Below, in pieces: positions 18,776 to 30,200 of a stretch of 51,348 nucleotides of DNA. The notes beneath the pieces are model-generated. The model had not been told where the DNA came from. It saw only the letters and a program-made list of their open reading frames with translations, and searched no databases. Numbering within the stretch: the first letter of the stretch is position 1; each line of letters begins with the position of its first letter. The stretch spans positions 1 through 51,348 of the forward strand of contig DYCW01000432.1 in NCBI GenBank assembly GCA_019417865.1, given 5' to 3'. A program made the translations under genes and the position numbers. The stretch is from Ruminococcus sp. (GTDB lineage: Bacteria; Bacillota; Clostridia; Oscillospirales; Ruminococcaceae).

Positions 18776-19576
18776 ATGGCGTTCCGTATGACTGCAATTA
18801 CCGCAAAAGATAACCCTGCCATTCGGCTTTACCGAAAGCTGACACATTCCCGAAAGGCCAGAGCACAAACCCGGCAGTTTGTGTTAGAGGGCTACCGATT
18901 GGTTTCAGATGCGGTACATTTCTCCAGAAAACTGACCCATCTCTTTGTCACAGAAGAAGCGTGGGAGCGGTATCAGGAAGGCTTTGGCTGCCTGGCAGCT
19001 GATTTGAGAGAAACAAAGCTGCTGCTTATTTCAAATGAGCTTGCTATGGAGCTGGCAGAAACAGAACATCCGCAAGGGGTCTTTGCAATCTGTGAAATGC
19101 CTGTTGGTGCGTTTCCAGTGATTCCGAATGCCACCTACCTGGTTCTGTACCAGATACAGGATCCTGGCAATATGGGGATGCTTTTACGAACGGCAGCCGC
19201 AATGGGAATTTATGGTGTGATCTGCTGTCAATCGTGTGACTTATACAGTCCAAAGGTGGTGCGTGCAACGATGGGGGCTCTGTTTCACGTCAATGTGATG
19301 CAGATACACCATGCAGAAGCGGTTTTGGAAGCGTTGCATGCCGCAAAAATTTTATCTTGTGCTTCTGTCGTGCAGCAGGATGCAGAGCCAGTTGGTGTTT
19401 GTGAACTGGGAGATGGCTGTGCCGTTTGGATTGGCAACGAGGGAAATGGTCTGCCGAAAGCAATTGTACAGCAGTGTGACCGGAGAATTACCATTCCCAT
19501 GAAGGGATATATGGAATCGCTCAATGCTGCCATGGCGGCAGGCATTATGATGTGGGAAATGACCAAGCCAAGATGA
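18776..19576 (+). CDS. TrmH/SpoU family RNA methyltransferase
   Basis: IQDPGNMGMLLRTA, SPKVVRATMG, IGNEGNG, ESLNAAMA. Confidence 0.92.
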   Translation: MAFRMTAITAKDNPAIRLYRKLTHSRKARAQTRQFVLEGYRLVSDAVHFSRKLTHLFVTEEAWERYQEGFGCLAADLRETKLLLISNELAMELAETEHPQGVFAICEMPVGAFPVIPNATYLVLYQIQDPGNMGMLLRTAAAMGIYGVICCQSCDLYSPKVVRATMGALFHVNVMQIHHAEAVLEALHAAKILSCASVVQQDAEPVGVCELGDGCAVWIGNEGNGLPKAIVQQCDRRITIPMKGYMESLNAAMAAGIMMWEMTKPR

Positions 19577-19586
19577 GGTGACAAGT

Positions 19587-20840
19587 GTGGAAACCATGTA
19601 TTATTGGATTTGGCTGCTGTTGGTGTTTGGTGCTGGGAACCGAAAAATTTGGAAGGTATTAGAGCAATATGAAACACCGCAAACTGCTTATACAGCATTG
19701 CAAACAGAAAAACTGCCCTTTTTGAAGGAACGGGAAATCCGCAGTATCAAAGCAGTCACAATGGATCAGGTGGAGAAAATCATACAAAATTGTAAAGAAA
19801 AGCAGATTGCGGTGGTTTGCTTTGATGATGAAAACTATCCAGAACCGCTCCGGCAGATTTATAATCCGCCGACTGTTCTGTTTTATCAGGGGCAGCTTTC
19901 CTTGCTGGCAGATTATCCGGCTTTAACAGTGGTTGGTACACGAAAACCCAGTCAATACAGCATACAGACGGCAGATTTGTTATGTCGCTGTCTCGCAAAA
20001 AGCGGAATGCTGCTGGTCAGTGGGTTTGCAGTGGGCGTGGATTCTGTAGCACATCGGGCAGCCTTACTTTCTGGTGGAAAAACCGTTGCTGTCATGGGTT
20101 GCGGTCTGGACGTGCCCTACCCAAAGGTGAATGCTTCTGCAAAGAAATACATTATTCGGAATGGTCTACTGTTGACAGAATTTTTACCGGGAACAGAACC
20201 AGCAAGACAGAATTTTCCGATGCGAAATCGTGTGCTGGCAGGTGTCAGCAGCGGTACACTGGTTATCCAAGCTCCAGTTGGCAGTGGTGCATTGATTACC
20301 GCAGAACAGGCAATGGAGCAGGGGAAACCTGTTTTTTGTCTACCGCCTGCGGACATATTTGACAACCAGTATGCAGGTGTGGTAAAATACCTGCGTGAGG
20401 GTGCGATTCCGGTTTTTGCACCGGAGGACATTCTCAGAGAATACCATGACAGCTTTGAACAACGGTTGACAGAAGTTTCTATAGATGCGATTTTAGAACA
20501 GCAGCCAGCCTTCCCATCCGCACAGACTGCAAAACAATCTGCTGTATCGTCGCAAAAACCGCCAAGCCAAGCCACTGAGAAGGCAAAATCAAAGGTGCGT
20601 TCCACAGAAGAAGTCACAGTAGAACCAGTTAGACAGACTGTAGATGCTTCTGTGCTGGAAACATTAGAGGGCGTAACAAGAAAGATTATGGCGTTGCTGT
20701 TGGAGCAGTCGCCAATCCAGATTGACCAGATTGTACAGACGGTGCAGGCGGATGCCGAAGAGGTGGCAGCCTGCCTGACAGAACTGGCGATCGAACAGTT
20801 GGTTCAAAGACTGCCAGGACAATACTATAGTGTATTGTAA
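19587..20840 (+). CDS. dprA: DNA processing protein DprA
   Basis: VVGTR, VSGFAVGVDSVAH, FPMRNRVLAG, GSGALITA; C-terminal winged helix; start uncertain (19578/19587/19596). Confidence 0.93.
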   Translation: METMYYWIWLLLVFGAGNRKIWKVLEQYETPQTAYTALQTEKLPFLKEREIRSIKAVTMDQVEKIIQNCKEKQIAVVCFDDENYPEPLRQIYNPPTVLFYQGQLSLLADYPALTVVGTRKPSQYSIQTADLLCRCLAKSGMLLVSGFAVGVDSVAHRAALLSGGKTVAVMGCGLDVPYPKVNASAKKYIIRNGLLLTEFLPGTEPARQNFPMRNRVLAGVSSGTLVIQAPVGSGALITAEQAMEQGKPVFCLPPADIFDNQYAGVVKYLREGAIPVFAPEDILREYHDSFEQRLTEVSIDAILEQQPAFPSAQTAKQSAVSSQKPPSQATEKAKSKVRSTEEVTVEPVRQTVDASVLETLEGVTRKIMALLLEQSPIQIDQIVQTVQADAEEVAACLTELAIEQLVQRLPGQYYSVL

Positions 20841-20993
20841 TATTATGGTGAGGTTTGAAATACTGGTTCAATTATCAGAGAACATTCAGATGAATTAGGA
20901 GATTGATGAAACGCTGCATCATTTGCAGTATCCGAACGCATACAATTCGGAAGTGTCGGTAAGTGCTGGCAGGAAAAACAGGAGAAAAAGAAT

Positions 20994-23108
20994 ATGTCAA
21001 ATTTGGTGATTGTAGAATCGCCGGCAAAGGCGAAAACCATTCAAAAATATTTGGGAAAAGACTTTGATGTCATTGCTTCTATGGGGCATGTACGGGATTT
21101 GCCGAAGTCAAAGTTTGGTGTGGACATTGAACACAACTTTACACCGCAGTATGTGGATATGAAGGGGAAGGAAGATGTTATCAAGCAGCTAAAATCTCAC
21201 GCTGCAAAGTGTGATAAAATTTACCTTGCCACCGACCCGGATCGGGAAGGGGAGGCAATTTCCTGGCATATTGCACAGATGCTGCATCTGGATATGCAAG
21301 AAAATAACCGTGTGGCATTCAATGAAATTACGAAAAGCGGGGTACAGGCTGGTATGGCAAATCCACACCAGATTGACATCAATCTGGTGAATGCCCAGCA
21401 GGCAAGAAGAGTACTGGATCGAATCGTTGGCTATCAGCTCAGCCCGTTTTTGTGGCGGAAGGTACGGCGTGGTTTGTCCGCCGGAAGAGTGCAATCCGTT
21501 GCGGTTCGGCTGGTTGTGGATCGGGAAAATGAGATTCGTGCATTTGAGCCACAAGAATACTGGACGATTGATGCCAAGCTTTCTGCACCGTCTTCCCGTA
21601 AAATCTTTTCCGCAAAGTTAACCGCAGTAGACGGAAAAAAAGTCGATAAGACGGAGATTTCCAGTAAGGAGCAGGCAGATGCCCTTGTGGCACGGTTGCA
21701 GGAAGCCCCGTTTGTTGTGAAAACAGTGAAAAAGCGGGTAACTAAAAAACATCCTTCTGCTCCGTTTATCACATCAACCTTGCAGCAGGAAGCGTCCTAT
21801 CGTCTGAGCTTTCAGTCCAAGCGTACCATGAAAGTTGCACAGGAGTTATATGAGGGCGTAGAAATTCAGGGGATGGGAGCCGTCGGTTTGATCACCTATA
21901 TGCGTACCGACAGCCTGCGAATTTCCAATGAGGCAAAGAAAGCCGCGGCAGATTACATTCTCTCTGCTTATGGCAGTGATTATTTGCCGCCGTCTCCCCG
22001 TGTCTATAAAACAAAGAAAAACGCACAGGATGCCCATGAGGCAATTCGTCCGTCTATGCCGTCTCTTACACCAGAGCAGGTGAAGAACAGCTTGACCAGT
22101 GACCAATATAAATTATATCGTTTGATTTGGGAACGCTTTATTGCCAGTCAGATGGCGGATGCCCTGTTAGATACCGTTTCCGTGGATATTGATGCAGATA
22201 ACTGCCTGTTTAAGGCAAGCGGTTCCACGATAAAGTTTGACGGTTTTACCGTTCTGTATGAGGAGACCAGGGACAGCAAGGGCGATAAGGACAAGTCCGA
22301 AAATAAGAACCTGCCGGAATTACAGGAAGGTGACCCACTGAAGCTGCGTGCATTGGAGGGCAATCAGCATTTCACGCAGCCGCCCACCCGATATTCCGAA
22401 GCGTCTTTGATTAAGGCGATGGAAGAGTATGGAATCGGAAGACCGAGTACCTATGCACCGACCATTACCACGATTACCGCCCGAAATTATGTAGAACGGG
22501 AAGGCAAACAACTGAAACCTACGGTATTGGGAGAAGTGGTCACTGAACTGATGAAAGAGCACTTTCAGAATATTGTAGACGTCAAGTTTACAGCAAAGAT
22601 GGAAAATGATCTGGATGATGTCGAACGAGGTGAACAGGACTGGGTGCAGGCATTGGATCATTTCTATGGGGATTTCTCTCAAACCCTGAAAACCGCTGAG
22701 GAAAAAATGGAAGGCAAGCGAGTGAAGGTGCCGGACGAAGAGACCGATGAGATCTGTGAGGTCTGTGGGAAGAAGATGGTGATCAAGATCGGACGGTTCG
22801 GACGGTTTCTGGCTTGTTCCGGTTTCCCGGATTGTAAAAATACCAAAAAAATTGTACAGGAAATGCCTGGCAGCTGTCCACTCTGTGGGGGAAAAATGGT
22901 GCTGAAAAAATCCAAGCGGGGCAGAAGCTTTTATGGATGTGGCAACTTTCCGGACTGCAATTTTATGACATGGAACATACCGGTTGCGGAAACCTGTCCG
23001 CAATGCGGCTCTACACTCTTTCAAAAGGGTGGAAAATCTGGTAAGTTGATTTGTGAGAAACCGGATTGCGGCTTTGAAAAAAATTTAACGGGTGGAGGAC
23101 AGGCATGA
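20994..23108 (+). CDS. topA: DNA topoisomerase I
   Basis: LVIVESPAKAKTI, ATDPDREGEAI, SAGRVQS, ITYMRTDS, C-terminal Zn ribbons. Confidence 0.99.
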   Translation: MSNLVIVESPAKAKTIQKYLGKDFDVIASMGHVRDLPKSKFGVDIEHNFTPQYVDMKGKEDVIKQLKSHAAKCDKIYLATDPDREGEAISWHIAQMLHLDMQENNRVAFNEITKSGVQAGMANPHQIDINLVNAQQARRVLDRIVGYQLSPFLWRKVRRGLSAGRVQSVAVRLVVDRENEIRAFEPQEYWTIDAKLSAPSSRKIFSAKLTAVDGKKVDKTEISSKEQADALVARLQEAPFVVKTVKKRVTKKHPSAPFITSTLQQEASYRLSFQSKRTMKVAQELYEGVEIQGMGAVGLITYMRTDSLRISNEAKKAAADYILSAYGSDYLPPSPRVYKTKKNAQDAHEAIRPSMPSLTPEQVKNSLTSDQYKLYRLIWERFIASQMADALLDTVSVDIDADNCLFKASGSTIKFDGFTVLYEETRDSKGDKDKSENKNLPELQEGDPLKLRALEGNQHFTQPPTRYSEASLIKAMEEYGIGRPSTYAPTITTITARNYVEREGKQLKPTVLGEVVTELMKEHFQNIVDVKFTAKMENDLDDVERGEQDWVQALDHFYGDFSQTLKTAEEKMEGKRVKVPDEETDEICEVCGKKMVIKIGRFGRFLACSGFPDCKNTKKIVQEMPGSCPLCGGKMVLKKSKRGRSFYGCGNFPDCNFMTWNIPVAETCPQCGSTLFQKGGKSGKLICEKPDCGFEKNLTGGGQA

Positions 23109-24451
23109 CAGAACAATGCAAACAAGTGACCATTATCGGCGGCGGTCTGGCAGGCTGTGAGGCAGCCTGGCAGCTGGCACAAAACGGTATTCCGGTGACA
23201 CTTTACGAGCAGAAGCCCGTGCATTACAGTCCCGCACATCATCGGAACGGACTGGCAGAATTGGTCTGCTCCAATTCTTTGAAAGCGGATCGTCTGGCAT
23301 CGGCTGCTGGTCTGCTGAAAGCAGAGATGGAACGGTTGGGTTCTCTGCTGATCCCCTGTGCAAGGGCAACTGCGGTTGCAGCTGGGGGGGCACTGGCAGT
23401 GGATCGGGATGCCTTTTCCGATCTGGTGACAGAACGCATTCGTTCCCATCCACTGATTCAGCTGAAAACGGAAACAATTCTGCATATACCAGACGGCAAA
23501 GTGATTGTTGCCACTGGACCATTGACAGATGGCACACTTGCAGAGGAGATTGAACAGCTCTGTGGTACACGTTTGCGGTTTTTCGATGCAGCTGCACCGA
23601 TTGTCAAATATGAAAGCCTGAATACCGAAAAGGTCTTTTTTGCCGCACGGTACGGCAGAGGTACGGCGGATTATATCAATTGCCCGATGAATCAAGCGGA
23701 ATATGAGGCATTCTATGAAGCCTTGATTTCGGCAGAACGGGCAGAGCTGCATGACTGTGACAAGCAGTTTTTCCGGGTCTACGAGGGTTGCATGCCCATT
23801 GAAATTTTAGCTTCCCGTGGAAAAGATACGATGCGGTTCGGTCCCCTGAAACCAGTGGGATTGACCGATCCCCGTACGGGACATAGACCATATGCTGTAG
23901 TGCAGCTGCGGAGAGAGAATCAGGAAGGAACCATGTACAATCTGGTTGGCTTTCAGACCAATTTGAAATTCGGGGAACAAAAACGGGTGTTTTCGATGAT
24001 TCCAGGATTGGAGCAGGCGGAGTTTGTCCGCTATGGCGTGATGCACCGCAACTCCTTTCTGGATAGCCCAAGGCTGTTGGGAGCGGATTATGCCCTTCGC
24101 AGCAATCCGGATTGTTTTTTTGCCGGACAGATGACCGGCGTGGAGGGGTATATGGAATCCGCTGCCAGTGGTATTTTAGCCGGAAAGAACATGGTTCGTC
24201 GGATACAGGGAAAACCGTCGTTGATTTTGCCGAGAGAAACCATGATGGGGGCACTGGCTGCCTACATCAGTGATGAAACCGTAATACAATTCCAGCCGAT
24301 GGGCTGTAATATGGGCATTCTGCCAGAACTGCCGGATCGGATACGAGACAAAAGAGAAAAGTATCAGGCATATGCAGACCGGGCACTGGCAGCACTAGAT
24401 GCCTATTTACAACAGATGGACGAAGAACCAACCGAGGGGGAAGGACAATGA
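23105..24451 (+). CDS. trmFO: folate-dependent tRNA m5U54 methyltransferase TrmFO
   Basis: IIGGGLAGCEAAWQ, AELVCSNSL, FGPLKPVGL, GQMTGVEGY. Confidence 0.97.
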   Translation: MTEQCKQVTIIGGGLAGCEAAWQLAQNGIPVTLYEQKPVHYSPAHHRNGLAELVCSNSLKADRLASAAGLLKAEMERLGSLLIPCARATAVAAGGALAVDRDAFSDLVTERIRSHPLIQLKTETILHIPDGKVIVATGPLTDGTLAEEIEQLCGTRLRFFDAAAPIVKYESLNTEKVFFAARYGRGTADYINCPMNQAEYEAFYEALISAERAELHDCDKQFFRVYEGCMPIEILASRGKDTMRFGPLKPVGLTDPRTGHRPYAVVQLRRENQEGTMYNLVGFQTNLKFGEQKRVFSMIPGLEQAEFVRYGVMHRNSFLDSPRLLGADYALRSNPDCFFAGQMTGVEGYMESAASGILAGKNMVRRIQGKPSLILPRETMMGALAAYISDETVIQFQPMGCNMGILPELPDRIRDKREKYQAYADRALAALDAYLQQMDEEPTEGEGQ

Positions 24452-25452
24452 ATATTTTAATTGATGCATTCGGCGGAGATGATGCCCCGTTAGAAGTGAT
24501 TAAGGGTGCGATGCGTGCCGTGCAGGAGTTGGGTGTTACGGTCACACTGGTCGGGTCGGAAGAGACCATTCGCCGCTGTGCAGCAGAGCATTCGCTTTCG
24601 CTGGATGGCTTACACATTTTACATGCCCCTGCTGTCTTTGATATTCATGAAGAACCGGGTACCCTGCTGAAACAACATGCAGATACCTCTATGGCAGTCG
24701 GGATGCAGGCTCTGCATGACGGGAACGGGGATGCATTTGTCTCTGCTGGCAGTACCGGTGCCCTGCTGATGGGTGCCACGTTTCTGGTAAAACGGTTGCG
24801 TGGTGTAAAGCGTGCTGCATTGGCACCGGTTCTTCCAACCGCCAAAACACCATTTATTTTGCTGGATGCGGGTGCGAACAATGACTGTCGGCCAGAAATG
24901 CTGGTGCAGTTCGCTGTGATGGGCAGTGCATACATGGAACGAGTGATGGGTGTGAAGCAACCGAGAGTGAAGCTGCTGAATGTTGGTGCAGAGGAAACCA
25001 AGGGAAGAGAACTGGATTTGGAAGCGTATCATCTGCTGGAACAGGCACCGATTCATTTCTGCGGGAATGTGGAGGCAAGAGAATTGCCGTTCGGAACAGC
25101 GGATGTGGTCGTAGCAGATGGATTTACCGGCAACATCGCTTTAAAGCTGTATGAAGGCATGGGCAAATTTATGGCAAATGAACTGAAACAACATGTCTTT
25201 TCCGGTGTCAACGGCAAACTTGCCGGTTTATTGGTATTGTCGAAAATCAAAGCATTGACCAAAAAAATGGACTACAAGGCAGTGGGCGGAGCGATGATGC
25301 TGGGTGTGCAAAAGCCGGTGGTAAAGGCACATGGCAGCTCCGATGCGACTGCATTTTTCAATGCGATTCGGCAGGCAAGAGACTGTGTAGCAGGAGATAT
25401 GATCGCTGCGATGACGCAGTTTATGCAGCAAGAAAAAGCAGGAAAAGCATAA
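24448..25452 (+). CDS. plsX: phosphate acyltransferase PlsX
   Basis: IDAFGGDDAP, VSAGSTGA, LDAGAN, ADGFTGNI, KAHGSS. Confidence 0.97.
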   Translation: MNILIDAFGGDDAPLEVIKGAMRAVQELGVTVTLVGSEETIRRCAAEHSLSLDGLHILHAPAVFDIHEEPGTLLKQHADTSMAVGMQALHDGNGDAFVSAGSTGALLMGATFLVKRLRGVKRAALAPVLPTAKTPFILLDAGANNDCRPEMLVQFAVMGSAYMERVMGVKQPRVKLLNVGAEETKGRELDLEAYHLLEQAPIHFCGNVEARELPFGTADVVVADGFTGNIALKLYEGMGKFMANELKQHVFSGVNGKLAGLLVLSKIKALTKKMDYKAVGGAMMLGVQKPVVKAHGSSDATAFFNAIRQARDCVAGDMIAAMTQFMQQEKAGKA

Positions 25453-25524
25453 AGTCATTGCAGCCACAAACCGTTTTGCTGGATATGGCTGCAAAACAAA
25501 AACAGAAAGGATTGGGTGTAATAT

Positions 25525-26220
25525 ATGGAACAACTGTATCTGGAACAATTTGAAGCACAGATTCACTATCATTTCAAAAAACGGCATTTGCTGGTGGAGG
25601 CTCTGTCGCACTCTTCCTATGCGAATGAAAAGAAAAAGTGCCGCTGCAGCAATGAGCGACTGGAATTTTTGGGAGACAGTGTGCTTTCGATTGTAGTTTC
25701 CTCCTATTTGTTTCACCAGTTTCCAGAGTTGCCGGAGGGGGAACTGACCAAACTGCGTGCCTCTCTGGTTTGTGAAAAGGCATTGCATGTGTTTGCACAG
25801 GAAATTCATCTGGGGGAATATCTGCTGTTGGGAAAAGGGGAAGAGCACACCGGCGGCAGAACCCGTTCTTCCATTTTAGCAGATGCCTTTGAGGCGGTCA
25901 TTGCTGCGATTTATCTGGATGGCGGTATGGAAGCGGCAGAGCGGCATATCATGCGGTTTATTCCGAAGAATCTGGAACAGCGGGAATCACTCGGCTTTCG
26001 GGATTATAAAACCGCTTTGCAGGAGGTGATTCAGAAGAATCCAGAGGAGAAAGTGGAATATGTACTGGTATCTGAAAGCGGCCCCGATCATGCAAAGGCA
26101 TTTCAGGTGGAAGTGTGCCTGAATTCAAATGTGATTGGCGTTGGAACCGGCAGGAGCAAAAAGGCGGCAGAACAGATGGCAGCAAAAGAAGCCCTGCGGC
26201 TGATGGGCTATGAAAAGTAA
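25525..26220 (+). CDS. rnc: ribonuclease III
   Basis: NERLEFLGDSVL, ADAFEA, C-terminal dsRBD. Confidence 0.98.
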   Translation: MEQLYLEQFEAQIHYHFKKRHLLVEALSHSSYANEKKKCRCSNERLEFLGDSVLSIVVSSYLFHQFPELPEGELTKLRASLVCEKALHVFAQEIHLGEYLLLGKGEEHTGGRTRSSILADAFEAVIAAIYLDGGMEAAERHIMRFIPKNLEQRESLGFRDYKTALQEVIQKNPEEKVEYVLVSESGPDHAKAFQVEVCLNSNVIGVGTGRSKKAAEQMAAKEALRLMGYEK

Positions 26221-27250
26221 GGGCAACATTGCCATTTTTGTGCCTCATGCTGGTTGTCCGCATCGTTGCAGTTTCTGTGACCAGCGGAAAATCAGTGCCT
26301 CGCAGGGAATCCCTTGCCCGGAACAAGTACAGCAGATTTGTCAAAATGCTGTGGATCATCCACGGAGACCGAAAGAACTGGAAATCGCCTTTTTCGGCGG
26401 CAGTTTTACTGCCATTCCAGAAGAACAGCAAAATCTGCTTCTGGAAGCCGTGCAGCCCTTTGTACAAAGCGGCAGCGTTTCCGGTATTCGAATTTCCACC
26501 CGTCCGGACTGCATCACACCAGCAATTTTACAGCGACTGCAATCGTATCATGTGACTGCCATTGAATTGGGGGCACAGAGTATGGATGATACCGTGTTGC
26601 TGCAAAATCGAAGAGGACACACAGCACAGGCTGTCCGCACTGCTGCAAGACAAATTGCAGAGGCTGGTTTTTCGCTGGGACTGCAAATGATGGTTGGCCT
26701 GTACGGCAGTACGATGGAACAGGAGTATGCTACACTGCGGGAATTGCTGGCTCTGCATCCAGATACACTGCGGATTTATCCGTTAGCGGTGCTTTCTGGA
26801 ACGGAACTGGCGGAACGGGTGCAGGATGGCAGCTTTTCTCTGTATTCCATGAAGGATGTGTTGCAGTTTTGTGCCGATGCCCTTTGCCTTTGTCATGCCA
26901 ATCAGGTAAAGGTGATTCGCTGTGGGTTACATGCAGAGGAAACGCTGTCATCGGAAGTAACTGCCGGTTTTTATCATCCGGCATTTCGGGAACTGGTGGA
27001 ATCTCGTCTTTGTCTTCGTTGTTTGCAGCAGCACATCCGGCAGCATCCTGCGGAAACGAGACTCATGATACAGACGGCAGCCGGCTGGAGCAGCCGGGTT
27101 GCGGGACATCACGGCAGCAACCGCTCCGCTTGTCTGGAGAGCGGCGTGACGCTGCGGATTACAGAGACAGCAGCCCTTCCAGCAGGATGGCTGCAAATTG
27201 GAGAGGACGGATACGATGTTTTTCAAATCGCTGGAACTGCAAGGCTTTAA
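26210..27250 (+). CDS. radical SAM protein (Elp3-like), in the rnc-smc interval
   Basis: GCPHRCSFCDQ, FFGGSFTA, ISTRPD, IELGAQS. Confidence 0.88.
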   Translation: MKSKGNIAIFVPHAGCPHRCSFCDQRKISASQGIPCPEQVQQICQNAVDHPRRPKELEIAFFGGSFTAIPEEQQNLLLEAVQPFVQSGSVSGIRISTRPDCITPAILQRLQSYHVTAIELGAQSMDDTVLLQNRRGHTAQAVRTAARQIAEAGFSLGLQMMVGLYGSTMEQEYATLRELLALHPDTLRIYPLAVLSGTELAERVQDGSFSLYSMKDVLQFCADALCLCHANQVKVIRCGLHAEETLSSEVTAGFYHPAFRELVESRLCLRCLQQHIRQHPAETRLMIQTAAGWSSRVAGHHGSNRSACLESGVTLRITETAALPAGWLQIGEDGYDVFQIAGTARL

Positions 27251-30200
27251 GTCCTTTCCGGATCGGGTGAAACTGGAGTTTGAACAGGGCTTGACTGCCG
27301 TGGTGGGACCCAATGGCAGTGGAAAAAGCAATATCGGCGATGCCATTCGCTGGGTATTGGGGGAACAGTCCACCAAGCTGCTGCGGGGCAATCGGATGGA
27401 AGATGTCATCTTTTCCGGTACCAAGCAGCGAAGACCAGCAGGGTTTGCAGCGGTGACCATTCAACTGGATAATCATACGGGTATGTTCGGCGAAGAATAC
27501 GGCGAAACCGTGGCGATTACCAGAAAGCTCTACCGCAGCGGCGAGAGCGTCTATCAGATCAACGGGAAAGCCGTGCGGCTGAAGGATGTGCAGGAACTGC
27601 TGATGGATACCGGTATGGGGCGGGACGGCTATGCGATTATCGGACAGGGACGAATTGCGGAAATTGTCAGTGCCAGAAGTACTGACCGGCGGGAGCTGTT
27701 CGAGGAAGCAACAGGTGTTTCTAAGTTTCGCTACAAGCGGGAGGAAGCAGAACGCAATTTGCAGGCGGCACAGGAAAATCTGGTGCGGTTGCAGGACATC
27801 GCTGCTACATTAGAGGGCAGAGTGGAGCCGCTGCGGCGACAGGCAGAAACGGCAAAACAGTTTCTCAGACTGGCAGAGCAGCAAAAAAAGCTGGAGGTTT
27901 CCATTTGGGTGCAGCAGCTGCATCATCTGGAACAGGAAAAGACGGCTTTAAAGGATACCCTTTTGCAGGCAAGAGCAGCCTATCAGAATGCAGTGCTGGA
28001 TTTGGAACAGGCAGATGCAGCATTACAGCAACAATATCAGCAAATGCAGCACACCACGATACAGATTCAGAATTTGCGGGAGCAGGTGCAGACAGCAGAG
28101 GAAACCGCTGCGAAAACGCAGGCAGATCTTGCAGTCTGTGCCAATGAACAGCAGCACAACATCCAGCGTCTGACACAGATTACGCAACAGCAAGCGGATG
28201 CAGATCGAGCCGAGCAGGAAACCGCCGCCCAACTGCAAGCACAAAAAACGACACTGGAAGCATTGCAGCAGCAGCAAACAGCAGCCGCAGCAGCTTGTCA
28301 GGAACAGGAGACACTGCGTGCAGCCCTGCATGCAAAAATGGCAGCTGTTACGGCTGCCTTGAAAACAGCAGAACAGACGCTACAAGATGGATATGGCAGG
28401 CAAAATACTTGGTTTGCAAAAACAGAGTCTCTTGCTGCCCAGATAGAGACGCTACAGGCACAGACGGTTTCGCAGGCTGCCCAATCGGCAGCATTGCAGC
28501 AGCAGCAGGCTGCGGCAGAGTATGCCAAGCAGACGGAAACGGCTGCGGAAACGGCAGCAGCAGCGGAAGCAGCGGTGCGTGTGGCGTTGGAGACAGCACA
28601 AACACAGCAAAAGGCGGCACAGTTACTTCTGGAACAGACCCAGACCCAGCAGACGCAGCGGAATATGCAGCTGCAAACAGTACAGCAGCGGCATCAACTG
28701 CTGTTGGAGATGGAACGCAACATGGAGGGCTATGCCGGTAGTGTAAAAGCCGTTTTACAGGCAGAAAACGGCAAGCCGCACGGTGTTTATGGTACCGTTT
28801 CACAGATTATTACAACGGAACCCCGCTACAGTCTGGCGATGGAAACCGCACTTGGCGGAGCCATGCAGAACTTGGTTGTGGAGAATGAATCGGCGGCAAA
28901 GGACTGGATTCGGTATCTGGCTGCAAAGCGAGCCGGACGGGCAACCTTTTTGCCGTTGACCTCTGTCAGAGGGCAGCTGCTTTCCGAACAGGCTGTTTTG
29001 CAAGAGGATGCTGTAATTGATCTTGCAAGCAATTTGGTGCGGTATGATGCCAAATTCACCAATGTCATTCACGCTCTTTTGGGGCGGATTCTCATTGCAA
29101 AGGATCTGGACAGTGCAACCACATTGGCAAAGCGATACGGCTATCGGTTTCGGATTGTGACACTGGACGGACAGGTGATCCATGCTGGCGGTTCGTTTAC
29201 CGGTGGTTCTGCTCAGAAGCGGGGCGGTATGCTGACCCGGAAGCAGGAACTGCTGGAACTCCAGCGAAAGGTACACACCTTACAGGAGCAGGTGCGGCAG
29301 GACACAGAACGATGGGAGCAGCAAAAAGCGGATTGCAGCCAGAAGACAGAACGATTGCAGCAGCTGCAAAATCAGCTGCATACCAAACATGCGGAACAGC
29401 TGCTGGCAGCAGCAAATGCGGAAACGGCAAGGAAACAGTTATCACAGCTGCAAACACAGCTATTGGAACGGCAGCAGCAGCGGAAACAATTGACAGAACA
29501 GATTGCTGTTTTACAGCAGCAGTATCACACTGCAAAAACAGCGTGGGAGCAGGCACAGGCAGATTTGACAGAAGCACAGACTGTACAGCAGCAGGCAAAG
29601 CAGGAGCAGGAAGCCGCTGCAGCCGAGCAGACGAAAATATCAGAAGTTCTGACGGAAAGACAGATTGCAGCCGCAAAGTTGGAACAAGAAATCACCAGCA
29701 GGCGGCAGAATATGACGGAGCAACAGGCACGGCTGGACAGCTGCCGGGAGCAGAAACAGCGGCTGCGGGAAGAGAAGGTTGTCTGTCAGCAGCAGGAGAC
29801 CGCTTTGCAGCAGCAGGAAAAAAATCTACAGACCAAGCTTACCGTCTGCAAGCAGCAAATGACAGAAAACAGAGAGCAGATTACACAGCTTCAGCGAGTG
29901 CACACCGAGCAGGAGCAGCAGATTCGGCAGCGGCAGGATGGCATACGGGAATTCAGTGCTGCCAAGGAACGAGCGGCGGCATCCGTCACACAGCTGGAGA
30001 CAAAACAACATGATCTGGAGCAGCAAAGGGATCGGATTGTTCAGCAGATGCGGGAACAGTATGATGTAACGCTTTCCGAAGCTGGACAGATGGCAGAGCC
30101 AGTTCGGGATACGGTGCTGGCAAAGCAGCAGCTGGAGTCGCTGCGGCGGCAGATTCGGGCGTTGGGCAATGTCAATGTATCTGCCATTGAGGAATATCAG

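Noticed and set aside
19281..19296. parS site
   Set aside because: Only TGTTTCACGT matches, the other arm does not, and it lies inside a CDS.
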